Shown here piece after piece: positions 21,052-31,648 of a stretch of DNA of 64,000 nucleotides (its first letter is position 1; every line of letters starts with the position of its first letter). The DNA lies in the NCBI GenBank assembly GCA_040225955.1, contig JBECUL010000004.1:8297-72296 (forward strand), given 5' to 3'. The translations under genes were made by a program, and so were the position numbers. The notes beneath the pieces are model-generated. The model did not search any database. It was not told where the DNA came from and was given only the letters and a program-made list of their open reading frames with translations. Source of the DNA: Candidatus Asgardarchaeum abyssi (GTDB lineage Archaea > Asgardarchaeota > Asgardarchaeia > Asgardarchaeales > Asgardarchaeaceae).

Positions 21052-21918
21052 TTAATCTTTCAAATCTATTAAATGCGAACCATCGCAAGTTTTTGAAGTA
21101 TGAAGAAATGAAAAACCTTCCCTGCACGTAGCAAATGATAATCCATAATTCTCAGCAATCTCTTTTACTCTAGTCATAAGCTTTAATCTAATCTCTCTTT
21201 TAATGTACGTAACTCTACCTACTCTTTCGGTATAAAGAAAACGTGCTTTTTTCATCTCAGTAGGAAAAGCAGCAAACATCCTTTTCCAGCTATCAATTCT
21301 TGGTTTAAACGTAGAAGAAACAACATGAATGGCCCCTACAGATTTAGCAGCTTTTATGACAGCCTCTATATTTTCAATACTATCATTTATATAAGGAACT
21401 ATAGGGTCTAGTCTAATCCCAACTGGTATTCCAGAGGAGGAGAGTTTTTTAATAGCCTCTAATCTTTCTATTGGAGATGGTGCATTTATTTCCATCTTCT
21501 TAGCTAATTCATTATCTATCGTGGTTATTGTAAACATTACAGCAACTTTCATATTTTTAAGAATATCAATGTCACGAGTTATTATGTTAGACTTAGTAAT
21601 TATCAATAGTTTAATAGGAAAGTCACTCATAATTTGTAATACCCTTCTTGTAATCTTCAACTTTTCATCAATTGTTGGATAGGGATCAGAGCTATTTGAC
21701 ATTGATATCACAAAGCGATAATCCAAACGTTTTAGTTCTCTACGTAGGTTTTTCAGCAAGCCTTTCTTTTCCCTAACTTTAAAAGCATTAGGAATATATG
21801 AAGTTATATAACAATATAAGCAATGATGATCGCAACCCGTATACGGATTAAATGAATATTTTTTAGGACAAGTGCATAAGGGGCTTTTCCAAGGGTCAAA
21901 CCAAGTGATTAGTGGAAT
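21052..21918 (-). CDS. Radical SAM protein (SPL-like), probable non-canonical ATT start
   Basis: The frame stays open upstream of the tracked TTG: IPLITWFDPWKSPLCTCPKKYSFNPYTGCDHHCLYCY contains the CxxxCxxC motif. GAGGGG SD lies 6 nt before ATT at 21918. Confidence 0.85.
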   Translation of the reverse strand: MPLITWFDPWKSPLCTCPKKYSFNPYTGCDHHCLYCYITSYIPNAFKVREKKGLLKNLRRELKRLDYRFVISMSNSSDPYPTIDEKLKITRRVLQIMSDFPIKLLIITKSNIITRDIDILKNMKVAVMFTITTIDNELAKKMEINAPSPIERLEAIKKLSSSGIPVGIRLDPIVPYINDSIENIEAVIKAAKSVGAIHVVSSTFKPRIDSWKRMFAAFPTEMKKARFLYTERVGRVTYIKREIRLKLMTRVKEIAENYGLSFATCREGFSFLHTSKTCDGSHLIDLKD

Positions 21919-22040
21919 TGCTAACCCCTCTATATATTATCTCTTCATTTTCATTCGTTAAAAAATTAACAAAATAAATAAAATTATTTAGTGCTACGCT
22001 ATGAGGAAATTAAAAAGCAAAAAGGAAGATAAAAAGAGGA

Positions 22041-23696
22041 TTACATACCAGGAGGCATGCCTCCACCAAATCCACCCATGCCAGCGGGCCCGCCATATCC
22101 ACCAGGCCCACCGGGTGGCCTTGGAGGCGCTTTCCTCTTAGAAGCTATAACATCATCTATCCTTAAGATCATTCTTGCAACTTCACTAGCTGTCTTAAGT
22201 GCTTGTACTTTAACTCTTGTTGGTTCGATTACTCCAGCATCAAGTAAATTTTCAACTTTACCCGTTTTAAGATTTATGCCAGCGTATATATTTCCCTCAT
22301 TATGAGCTTTTCTTAATTCTGAAATGATATCTATTACGCTCAACCCTGCATTTTCAGAAAGCGCTCTTGGAATTACTTCTATTGCATCGGCAAAAATCTT
22401 AACAGCGAGTTGTGCTTTACCAGAAACGGATTCGGAATAATCTCTAATTCTCTTAGCTATTTCAGCTTCTATAGCTCCTCCACCAACTACAAATGTGCCA
22501 TCTTCAACAACGTCCTTTACCACAAAAAGCGTGTCATGCAAAGCTCGTTCTGCTTCCTCTACAACCATTTTTGTCCCAGCTCTGAGAAGTATTGATATTG
22601 CTTTAGAATTTTTACATCCCTCAATGAAAACAAATTTAGAATCACCTATTTTGATCTCTCTTACCTTCTCAGCTTCGCCGAGAGCATCTTCGGGTATTTC
22701 TTCCAAGCTTGTCAATATTCTTGCACCAGCAGCTTTTGCTAATCGTTCAATATCCTTTTTATTCACACGAGCTACTGCCATAATTCCATTTTTAGCTAGA
22801 AATGACTTTGCTATGTCATTAATTCCTTTCTGAGATAGAACTACGTTGGCTCCAGATTTTACTATTTTTTCGACCATGTCAAGAACCATTTTCTCTTCTT
22901 GCTTTTTGAACAATTGTATCTCATCTGGAGAATCTATTCTGATATGAGCATCAAACTCTGTTTTTTCAACCTCTAATGGTGCATTAGTTAAGAGGATTTT
23001 TGGATTGTTAATTTCTTTAGGCATATCTGGATGGGCTAATTCTTTATCCAAAATTACCCCTTTTACTAATTTTGTTTCACTTATCTTAGCCCCTTCTTTC
23101 TTAACAACTTTTATGTTATCCAAGTTCACGGTAACCTTACCATTTTGTTTTTCCGCAACAGATTTAACGGCCTCAACAGCTATCTTAGCTAAGGCTTCTC
23201 TATCTGCGCTTACTACCTTACTTGCCATTGCAGTCATAGCAATATTTTTCAGATCCTCATCACTCCTAACAGATATCTCAATTTCTTTAATGACCTTAAT
23301 TGCCTTCTCTGATGCCAATCGGTAACCATTAACTATATGTGCTGGGTGTATACCTTTTTCTAAGAGTTCTTTACTTTTCTTTAAAAGTTCGCCTATTAAG
23401 ACAACAACTGTTGTCGTTCCATCACCAGTTTCACTATCTTGGGTCTTAGCTGCTTGAATTACTATCTTTGCAGCGGGGTGCTCCACCTCTATTTTCTTAG
23501 CTATTTCGGCACCATCGTTTGTTATTACCACATCACCTACTGAATCTACTAACATCTTATCCATTCCACGAGGACCAAGAGAAGTTCTTAAGAGTTCGGC
23601 TACAGCCATAATGGCCATTATATTGGACGTCATTGCTTCTCTTCCAGTAGTCCTTCTGGACTCTTTACTTAAAATTAAAACTGGAATTCCTTGCAT
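22041..23696 (-). CDS. Thermosome subunit (group II chaperonin)
   Basis: [28 protein letters not shown] and a Gly/Pro/Met-rich tail. Confidence 0.96.
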   Translation of the reverse strand: MQGIPVLILSKESRRTTGREAMTSNIMAIMAVAELLRTSLGPRGMDKMLVDSVGDVVITNDGAEIAKKIEVEHPAAKIVIQAAKTQDSETGDGTTTVVVLIGELLKKSKELLEKGIHPAHIVNGYRLASEKAIKVIKEIEISVRSDEDLKNIAMTAMASKVVSADREALAKIAVEAVKSVAEKQNGKVTVNLDNIKVVKKEGAKISETKLVKGVILDKELAHPDMPKEINNPKILLTNAPLEVEKTEFDAHIRIDSPDEIQLFKKQEEKMVLDMVEKIVKSGANVVLSQKGINDIAKSFLAKNGIMAVARVNKKDIERLAKAAGARILTSLEEIPEDALGEAEKVREIKIGDSKFVFIEGCKNSKAISILLRAGTKMVVEEAERALHDTLFVVKDVVEDGTFVVGGGAIEAEIAKRIRDYSESVSGKAQLAVKIFADAIEVIPRALSENAGLSVIDIISELRKAHNEGNIYAGINLKTGKVENLLDAGVIEPTRVKVQALKTASEVARMILRIDDVIASKRKAPPRPPGGPGGYGGPAGMGGFGGGMPPGM

Positions 23697-23922
23697 GTTA
23701 CATTCCTCAATCCTGACTTTACAAGATTCTTTAACAACTTTTTAAATATTGATTAACCCATATTTTTCCCTAATTTAAGTTTTGCGTTTTCTTATATTAC
23801 TGCATTAGAAAAGCTCATATCGCAATTGTGCATCAATATAAATATCCAATTTTTATATCAATAGAAATAGAAAAAATAATAATCATATTTTCATAAAACT
23901 AATGCAAAGTTGAGGTGGTACA

Positions 23923-24549
23923 TTGAGAATTTTAGTAGTTTCACCACACACGGATGATGCAGAACTTGGTGCTGGTGGATCTATAGTAAGATTTCTTGAA
24001 GAAGGGCATTCTATTATGTGGATTGTTTTTTCTATTGCTGAGGAAACATTACCAAAAGGCTATCCCCCAGACACACTAAAAAAAGAATTTCTTGCGGTAG
24101 TGAATGAACTAAATATCGATACCTATAAAATATTTAATTTTCGAGTTAGACATCTGCACGAGCATCGTCAAGAAATACTAGAGGAGCTAGTAAAAGTTAG
24201 AAATCAGTATAACCCAGATTTAGTAATAGGGCCGTCATTAAATGATTTCCACCAAGACCATCAAGTTGTCGCTAATGAAATCGTTCGTGCATTTAAAATG
24301 AATGCGTCCATAATAAATTATGAACTACCCTGGAATCACGTAACGTTCAATACACAATTATTTGTAAAATTGGAAAAAAGACATATTGATAAGAAAATTA
24401 ATCTGCTTAGCCATTATAAATCACAAATTATTCTTAAAAAAAGAAGGTATTTCAATAAGGAGTTTATTTATGGCTGGGCGAGGACGCACGGTGTACAATG
24501 TAATGCAGAATACGCGGAGGCTTTTGAGGTGATTAGATGGATCTTATAG
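23923..24549 (+). CDS. PIG-L/LmbE family N-acetylsugar deacetylase
   Basis: SPHTDDAELG, HQDH and AEAFE motifs. Confidence 0.9.
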   Translation: MRILVVSPHTDDAELGAGGSIVRFLEEGHSIMWIVFSIAEETLPKGYPPDTLKKEFLAVVNELNIDTYKIFNFRVRHLHEHRQEILEELVKVRNQYNPDLVIGPSLNDFHQDHQVVANEIVRAFKMNASIINYELPWNHVTFNTQLFVKLEKRHIDKKINLLSHYKSQIILKKRRYFNKEFIYGWARTHGVQCNAEYAEAFEVIRWIL

Positions 24550-25595
24550 TTATGATAACGGGTGCGGGAGCTCCAGGAATAAAGGGCACCCTTTATTCTC
24601 TCCATGAAAACTTTGATGGTAGAAAAATAAAAACAGTTGGCGTGGATATAAGAGAGCATGTTGTTGGCAAATATCTTTGTGATAAATTCTATAGAATACC
24701 ACCACCCTCATCACAAGACTTCATTCCAACTCTGTTATCTATATGTGAAAAAGAAAAAGTGGATGTTATTTTACCTCAAGTAACCGCTGAGCTATTTGAA
24801 TTATCTAAACATAAAAAGGATTTTGAAAACACAGGTACAGCAGTTGCTATATCAAGCTATAATGCAATCATCCACTCCAACAACAAGTACGAATTGATGA
24901 AAGTTTCTAAAAAATTAGGCTTACCAACTCCAGAGTTTTTCTTGGTTAATAATTTTAAAGATTTAGAAAAATATGCAATAAAGTTGGGATACCCTGAAAA
25001 TCCTGTGGTTGTAAAACCGCCTGTTTCAAATGGAATGCGAGGACTTAGAATAATAAATGAGAATATTAACTATAAAGAGCAGTTCTATAAAGAAAAACCA
25101 ACTGGAATTACTACAAGAATGGATGACTTATATAGGGTTATTGGTGATACTTTTCCAGAACTAATCGTAATGGAATACCTTCCAGGTGATGAATATTCTG
25201 TAGATGTATTAAAAACGAAAGATGACATTATTATAGTTCCAAGATTGCGAGTGGAGATACGATCGGGAATTACATTTTCAGGCATAATTGTAAAGCACGA
25301 AGAAATAATTAAACATGTAGAAATCCTTACTGAAGAATTAGGATTGGAGTATGCCTTTGGTTATCAGTTTAAAAACGATAAGGAGGGTGTACCAAAAATC
25401 ATAGAGTGCAACCCAAGAATACAAGGAACCATGGTTATGAGTACATTAGCTGGAGCAAATCTGATATATGGTGCGGTGAAATATGCTCTTGGCGAGGAAA
25501 TACCGAAACTTGAAATTAACTGGGGAACTAAATTTTTAAGATACTGGGGCGGAATAGGCATTTTTAAAGAAAGAGAAGAAGTCCAAATAATCTAA
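24537..25595 (+). CDS. ATP-grasp ligase (CarB-like single domain)
   Basis: VVKPPVSNGMRG, EYLPGDEYSVD and IECNPR. Confidence 0.87.
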   Translation: MDLIVMITGAGAPGIKGTLYSLHENFDGRKIKTVGVDIREHVVGKYLCDKFYRIPPPSSQDFIPTLLSICEKEKVDVILPQVTAELFELSKHKKDFENTGTAVAISSYNAIIHSNNKYELMKVSKKLGLPTPEFFLVNNFKDLEKYAIKLGYPENPVVVKPPVSNGMRGLRIINENINYKEQFYKEKPTGITTRMDDLYRVIGDTFPELIVMEYLPGDEYSVDVLKTKDDIIIVPRLRVEIRSGITFSGIIVKHEEIIKHVEILTEELGLEYAFGYQFKNDKEGVPKIIECNPRIQGTMVMSTLAGANLIYGAVKYALGEEIPKLEINWGTKFLRYWGGIGIFKEREEVQII

Positions 25596-25603
25596 TGAAC
25601 GAT

Positions 25604-26791
25604 TTAAATTCTGCTGTATATATTTTGAAGGACATCAATAAATTTGTCAAATACTAAATTTTCTGCGGCATAAGCTTTTCTCTCATCTCTCGTGTTTTCA
25701 ATATCATCCTTATTTCTGTAAAGATCTATTAGTATGTCTTTAAGTTCACTTATAGGGTCATCAATAATAATAGCATGAGGGGGTTTTAGAAATCTTATTA
25801 CTTCTTTTAGACTACTTGTAAGAAGAGATATAAGTCCTGCGTGAATGTAAATAAATACCTTATTAGGGTTAGAGAATATGTGAAATGGGTGCGGCGTCCA
25901 GGAACATAATCCTATATGCATTTCCTGCATTATTCTATATAGTTGCAAGTGATACACATATCCAAGGCCGATAATTGAGTCATAATATGCTGCTTTTCTT
26001 TTAGTGCCTAATAAAAATAATATCATTTTATCAGATAGAGGCTTAATAATGTCCTTAATGAATGTAAGATTCCGATATGGAACCACAGGTGGTAAAACAC
26101 CCGGACCAATATATCCAAGGAGTAACTTGTTGTTTCTGTATTTATCAATAATTTGTTTGACGTCAATTGGTATAGGATATAATTCAGAGGTTTTTACCTC
26201 ATACGAATGAGGAAAATTAGGAATAACAAATACATTTTTCAGATTATGCCTCTCAACATAATATCTCTTAATGTAGTTGTTAACGGTCACTATTGCTAAC
26301 ACATTATTAGCAAGCTCTTGTTCCCACTTATACCATATGTATGCTTTAACCCTCGCTCTAAAGCGATAAAGGTTCTTTTTTGTGCCCCTTTCAGCTATAT
26401 ATCTATATCGTACTGGGAAAAGCTCATGATCATCAAGCACGACTGGATATCCTAGATCATAAGCTATTTTAGCTGCAAAAATATTATGCGCGTAAACAAA
26501 ATCTGGCTTTACCTTATTGAGAATTTTTCCTATCTTCTTCTTAAACCAATCATAAAATGGTCGAACACCAAGTCTAGCATAGGATGGCCAACTTTCTAAA
26601 GATATGAACTTGTAGGATAAGGGTAAATTTAGATACTTAATTATATCATTCAAAACAGCGGGTCTTCCCCGACCAATAAGATATATGTTTCCTTCTCTGT
26701 TAGCTTCCATATGGAGTAACAAATTCTTTTCTACTCGCATATCTGGAAGCGAACTATCTGTCAGAACTGCAATGTTTAGTTCCTTACCCAT
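25604..26791 (-). CDS. Glycosyltransferase (GT4-like)
   Basis: DMRVEK, YAHN, LDDHE, IPNFP and PNKVFIY motifs. Confidence 0.75.
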   Translation of the reverse strand: MGKELNIAVLTDSSLPDMRVEKNLLLHMEANREGNIYLIGRGRPAVLNDIIKYLNLPLSYKFISLESWPSYARLGVRPFYDWFKKKIGKILNKVKPDFVYAHNIFAAKIAYDLGYPVVLDDHELFPVRYRYIAERGTKKNLYRFRARVKAYIWYKWEQELANNVLAIVTVNNYIKRYYVERHNLKNVFVIPNFPHSYEVKTSELYPIPIDVKQIIDKYRNNKLLLGYIGPGVLPPVVPYRNLTFIKDIIKPLSDKMILFLLGTKRKAAYYDSIIGLGYVYHLQLYRIMQEMHIGLCSWTPHPFHIFSNPNKVFIYIHAGLISLLTSSLKEVIRFLKPPHAIIIDDPISELKDILIDLYRNKDDIENTRDERKAYAAENLVFDKFIDVLQNIYSRI

Positions 26792-27761
26792 TTAGCTCAC
26801 CTAATGTCTCTTTAAAAATCTCTAGCTGTTTATTAAAAAGCTTTCTGAGTATTTCTGCTCTACTGCATGCTTTTTTCCTTAGATTTTCTAATTTTTCAGA
26901 ATCCATTTCTTGAAGAGTGTTACAAAGCCTATCTATGTCTGTTAAATAAATGGCCGAATCCATAAACATTTTTCTAAATGAGAATGTATCTGGTACTATC
27001 AAAGGCTTCTCTAAATATATTGCTTCAAGAGACGATCTAGTCACAGTATATTTTCTCTCTGCCCATGAAATAATCAAATCGGCTTTGTTTAAAAGTTCAA
27101 AATATTCTTCCTCACTTAGAAAGCCTGTGAAAATTACTTTCCCAATTTTTCTCCTTGCATGAGGACCAGTTATATAAAGCTCTAAATCTACATTACAATT
27201 TGAAACAACACTAATTAACCGTTTAATGTTCTCTATGCTTACGGTTCCTGAAGGCAAAACTAGAGTGAGCCTCTTACCTTTGGGTAGCTTTAATTTATCT
27301 ACTTTGCTAATAGAGCCTTTTTTTATTACAGTAGGAGGAGGATCTATTAAAACTAAGTGTTTTGCAGTTTTTCCACATGGAACGATTTCTGTAATCGTAT
27401 AATCATGCGATAGAACAACATCGGCATATTTTATAAAATTTCTAAAGAATCTATTCAAAAGAATTCCTTTAACATTCGTGTATACTAAGAAATTGGGATG
27501 AATGTCCAATACTAGTTTAAACCGCTTAATAAGCTTTAGGAATACAATTGTAAGAACCGCCGGGCCTTGAGTCGTTTGTAAAATTACTATTTTCGGATTG
27601 ATTCTAAAGAAAAGAGCAATTGTTTTTATGAGGGCTTTAATATATGGTGGTCTATCCTTAAAGACAAAGACTGGGATTTTTAATATCTTAGACAATATCT
27701 TAGTTCTTTCACTTATTTTACCCCAAGCTAAGTATATTATTTTCATCTTAAACCACATCAC
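26784..27761 (-). CDS. Glycosyltransferase (GT-B, GT4/GT33-like)
   Basis: LDIH, FTGFLSEEEYFELL and LEAIYLEKP; translationally coupled to neighbours. Confidence 0.72.
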   Translation of the reverse strand: MMWFKMKIIYLAWGKISERTKILSKILKIPVFVFKDRPPYIKALIKTIALFFRINPKIVILQTTQGPAVLTIVFLKLIKRFKLVLDIHPNFLVYTNVKGILLNRFFRNFIKYADVVLSHDYTITEIVPCGKTAKHLVLIDPPPTVIKKGSISKVDKLKLPKGKRLTLVLPSGTVSIENIKRLISVVSNCNVDLELYITGPHARRKIGKVIFTGFLSEEEYFELLNKADLIISWAERKYTVTRSSLEAIYLEKPLIVPDTFSFRKMFMDSAIYLTDIDRLCNTLQEMDSEKLENLRKKACSRAEILRKLFNKQLEIFKETLGELNG

Positions 27762-28770
27762 TCTTCCTTAACTTTTTGTTAGTTTTAATCATCTGCTCCG
27801 CCAGTTTCATACAAATTTTATCTGTAACAGTGCGTGGATATGTTGTAGGTACTATTGGATATCCATACCTTTTTGCAACTATTGAATACATATTCCTTTC
27901 ATATCGAAGAACTTCTTTTGCATATCTTATCGGCTCATCACGCTTCATGACTCTTTGGATGGATACATCTTCAGGTATATCAAATATTATTGCGTATCGT
28001 GGCTTTATCAGGAACCAAATGGGTTCTAAAAATTTAAGAGGATACCCCAAAGCCGAATATTTAATATACGTACTCCAAATGAATCTGTCTAAGATAACTA
28101 TTTTTCCTTTAGCGACCTTAGGATATACTTTAAAAAGATAAAGTAATATGTTATCAACTAAGCTTAATAACGCTCTTAGTAACTTTAGCATCTTGTTTCC
28201 TTTATAAAATGACCTCGAGTCAAAATATCTTATTTTGTCAAATTTTTCTCTTTTTGTTTGCCGCAACAGCTTTGATAACCTTTCAACAAAGAGATATTTA
28301 TGATAACGAATTATCTCGACATCAAATCCGTTCTCTTCAAAAATCTTCTTAAAGAAGTAAGAATATGTACTTTTCCCAGAACCATCAATTCCTAATAGAG
28401 CTAATACGAATCCCCATTTGGGAAATATTCTCCTTATTTCTTTTCTCATCCATTCATCATTTAATAATAGAGAGATACACAACAGCAAAAACGCAAAAAT
28501 TACTCTTTCAACTAATAGCATATTTGTTAGGTATACATCCCCTAATATAAAGCCTCCTAGAATTGCTAAAAACAATCTTAGTGCATTAGGCCCCTCATTA
28601 AGCGGATGGACTTTTAACTTCTTAGCTTTTAAAACTCCCAATCCCATATAAGCTATTGATAATAAGAGAGAGAACAAAATATAGTTAAGAATACTATACT
28701 CCAACTTAAGAAATACTACTGAAAAGGCTGCGAGAAAGAAAGAAATTGGAGCTATTATCTTCATAAACAT
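27748..28770 (-). CDS. Thymidylate-kinase-like P-loop protein with N-terminal transmembrane domain
   Basis: About 105-aa hydrophobic N-terminus, then GIDGSGKST and ILDRF. Confidence 0.75.
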   Translation of the reverse strand: MFMKIIAPISFFLAAFSVVFLKLEYSILNYILFSLLLSIAYMGLGVLKAKKLKVHPLNEGPNALRLFLAILGGFILGDVYLTNMLLVERVIFAFLLLCISLLLNDEWMRKEIRRIFPKWGFVLALLGIDGSGKSTYSYFFKKIFEENGFDVEIIRYHKYLFVERLSKLLRQTKREKFDKIRYFDSRSFYKGNKMLKLLRALLSLVDNILLYLFKVYPKVAKGKIVILDRFIWSTYIKYSALGYPLKFLEPIWFLIKPRYAIIFDIPEDVSIQRVMKRDEPIRYAKEVLRYERNMYSIVAKRYGYPIVPTTYPRTVTDKICMKLAEQMIKTNKKLRKSDVV

Positions 28771-29043
28771 TTTATAAGCACCAATAATTTTAATTTTTGA
28801 TTATGTTTTCAGACTTTTGAATTTAAACTTTAATAATTAATATTAGCTAGACACATAATCCATGGCTAAAAAATATTTTTCTTTAGATTAAGTATTAATT
28901 TTAGCCATACATGATGTTTTTATCTATTGTCTCTTATTAATTTACAGACAGTTAGGTATTGCTATAAGTAAACTTAAAAACATCCAAGTATCATATTTTT
29001 TCGAAAAAGCGCATAAATTGCCCTGCTACTAGTGGTGTAGTGA

Positions 29044-30834
29044 ATGGATAAAAAAAGGATTCTTGTGGTCTCTGCAAATTTTAAGAAGGCATACCCAGTT
29101 ATTAAATCAATATCGAAAATGGGTTATTTACCTATCATTGTTTTTTATCACTGGTTAAGCTCTCCTATTTTCTCTAAATATGTTTATAAAAGGTATTTAG
29201 TCGCAAACCCGTATACCAATGAAAAAGAATACGCATATCAGATTGCACTTATAGCTAAAAAAGAGAGCATTGATATGATAATTCCTATTGGTTTTATTGA
29301 TAATGTGATTCTTGCTAAATATAGACATCTTTTCGGTGATATTATTATACCAATTCCATCTTATGAGAGCATCATGACCGTTTCAAATAAATCTAAATTA
29401 TCTGAACTATTATCTAAAATAGGAATAAATTATCCAGAGACTTTAATTTTTAAAGACTTTATATCAAAAAAGAGTGATATTAAGTATCCCATTGTCGTTA
29501 AAGGAATATCCGACGCATCGGCACCTATTTATGCATTAAATGAATATCATTTACATACATTAGATATTTCTAGCACACGCAACTTAATTGTTCAACAGTT
29601 TATTCCTGGGCAGGGTCATGGATATTTCGCGTTAGCTAGAGATGGGAAAGTGTACGTGGAATTTTGCCATAGACGTATAATCGAGGATAAACCAAGTGGT
29701 GGACCCAGTATTGTTGCTTGTTCGTATGACGACCCGGAATTAATTAACATTGGTAGAAAGATTGTGAGTCATTTAAAATGGACTGGCGTTATTATGGCCG
29801 AGTTTAGAAGGGATTATGAAACTGGAAAATATTATCTTATCGAGTTAAATCCAAAGTTTTGGGGTAGTTTGGAACTTTCTTCTGCATGTGGTGTAGATTT
29901 CACTAGATATTTAATAGAACTTTTCCTGTTAAATAAAACCCCTAAGCCTAATAGAATTCCTTCAAGAAAATGTTTTTCGTGGATTCTTTCAGGATTATAC
30001 TACCTTAGGGAAAATTATAAGATATGGCTGATGATTGTTCGGTATGGCATAAAGAATGGCGCATTTTTTACAGATCTTCATTTTGATGATCCTACTGAAT
30101 TAGCATTTTCAGCAATTACTAGAACTATTAATTTATTGATTTTAAAAAGAGGACGAAGGAGATTTAAAAGAAATTTGATTGAGAACATCAAACGTTGTTT
30201 CATTAAGTATGTCACTTCAACGGAAATAGAAGGAATTTTGTTTGATCTTGATGGTACCCTTATAAATCTTGATGTTAATTGGTCCTTTGTCAAGCAAAAA
30301 TTAGTAGCTCAGGGTTTAGTAAGGCCCTGGGATTCTCTTATTATAGCATTTTATAAATGGAAAAACGAAAATATTGAAAAATTTAATGAGATGAATATGT
30401 TCGTTGAGAGGTTTGAATTTGAAGCGATAGAAAAAATAAAACGTGATGATGAGATGAGAGCCGCACTTGAGCGGATTAAACGTAGAAATGTCTCTTTAGG
30501 CATAGTCTCAAAACAGTCAAGAAAAATAATTAAAGCAATTTTAGAAAAGCTTAGGGTTATTGACTTGTTTGATGTTTATGTTGGTCGTGATGATAGCGCT
30601 TATAGAATGGAACAAATTTCTATTGCTATAGAAAAGTTGGGTATTTTCCCACCACACAGCTTCTTCGTGGGGGATACAATTATTGATATTACAACCGGAG
30701 CTCGTATGGGACTTTTTCCCATAGGTGTTTCAACAAAACCATATAGAGTTCAGCAGTTTTATGAAATAGGTGCTCCCTGTTTTAAATCATCAAAACAATT
30801 TTTGGGATCTATAATAAAAATCAAAAAGTTGTGA
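29044..30834 (+). CDS. ATP-grasp ligase fused to a HAD-family phosphatase
   Basis: QQFIPG and IELNPKFWGS (ATP-grasp); FDLDGTL, IVSK and FVGDTIID (HAD). Confidence 0.83.
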   Translation: MDKKRILVVSANFKKAYPVIKSISKMGYLPIIVFYHWLSSPIFSKYVYKRYLVANPYTNEKEYAYQIALIAKKESIDMIIPIGFIDNVILAKYRHLFGDIIIPIPSYESIMTVSNKSKLSELLSKIGINYPETLIFKDFISKKSDIKYPIVVKGISDASAPIYALNEYHLHTLDISSTRNLIVQQFIPGQGHGYFALARDGKVYVEFCHRRIIEDKPSGGPSIVACSYDDPELINIGRKIVSHLKWTGVIMAEFRRDYETGKYYLIELNPKFWGSLELSSACGVDFTRYLIELFLLNKTPKPNRIPSRKCFSWILSGLYYLRENYKIWLMIVRYGIKNGAFFTDLHFDDPTELAFSAITRTINLLILKRGRRRFKRNLIENIKRCFIKYVTSTEIEGILFDLDGTLINLDVNWSFVKQKLVAQGLVRPWDSLIIAFYKWKNENIEKFNEMNMFVERFEFEAIEKIKRDDEMRAALERIKRRNVSLGIVSKQSRKIIKAILEKLRVIDLFDVYVGRDDSAYRMEQISIAIEKLGIFPPHSFFVGDTIIDITTGARMGLFPIGVSTKPYRVQQFYEIGAPCFKSSKQFLGSIIKIKKL

Positions 30835-31592
30835 AAGTTATGAAAATCGTGTTAACGCATGATATAGACTCTATAAAGAAACCGTTTAGCCACATATGGC
30901 AGAGGAGAAATAGATTCTCGAGATGGGATATAGTTCTGAGTGCTTTACATATAAGGAATTTATATAATAATATAGAAGACATAATAGCTCTCGAAGATAA
31001 ATATGGATACAAATCAACTTTTTTTGTGCCTGTTTTTCTCTTTGATGTAACTGAAATAGTTGATACTCTTAAGGAAATTAAAAAAGAGGGATGGGAGGTT
31101 CAATTACATTTCGTATATGAATCAATACAACCGCAGGGGCTTTTTAAATTACAAAGGGACTTTTTTGAAAAGCATATAGGTGAGTTGTATGGTCTGAGAT
31201 CACACATGTTATTTATCAATGATTTTCTATTGGATTTATTTGAGAAAGAAGGATTATTGTATGATGCATCCTTTAGAGCTGAAACTGTGAACTCATATAA
31301 TCCTTTTAATATAAGAAATAATTTAGTAGAGATCCCTCTTGCACTGATGGATGCCGATATATTCGGTCGTTTTAAGTTTTCTGAGAATACTGCATGGAAG
31401 TATATTATGTGGAAGTTAAAGAGTGCTGAAAAAGAGAATGCTGATTGTTTTGTTGTTTTATTCCATCAAGAGGCCTATCGAATGAAAGGAGGACGCCTAT
31501 ATAAAAAGTTTGTTGAATATATTTCTTCGCAAGATTACGAGACACAATTATGTATCGATGCAGCTAAATCCATAAAAGAACGTAAAAAATAG
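30831..31592 (+). CDS. Polysaccharide deacetylase-like (NodB/CE4 fold) protein
   Basis: LTHDID, STFF, LH, RSH, YDAS, EIPLALMD and LFHQ motifs. Confidence 0.8.
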   Translation: MKVMKIVLTHDIDSIKKPFSHIWQRRNRFSRWDIVLSALHIRNLYNNIEDIIALEDKYGYKSTFFVPVFLFDVTEIVDTLKEIKKEGWEVQLHFVYESIQPQGLFKLQRDFFEKHIGELYGLRSHMLFINDFLLDLFEKEGLLYDASFRAETVNSYNPFNIRNNLVEIPLALMDADIFGRFKFSENTAWKYIMWKLKSAEKENADCFVVLFHQEAYRMKGGRLYKKFVEYISSQDYETQLCIDAAKSIKERKK

Positions 31593-31648
31593 AACATACT
31601 ATACTATTAGGTAGATAAATAAATACCCATCACACTAACTATTAGAAT

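Noticed and set aside
22041-22135. GC-rich patch suggesting a structured RNA
   Set aside because: Explained by the Gly/Pro/Met-rich chaperonin C-terminal tail.
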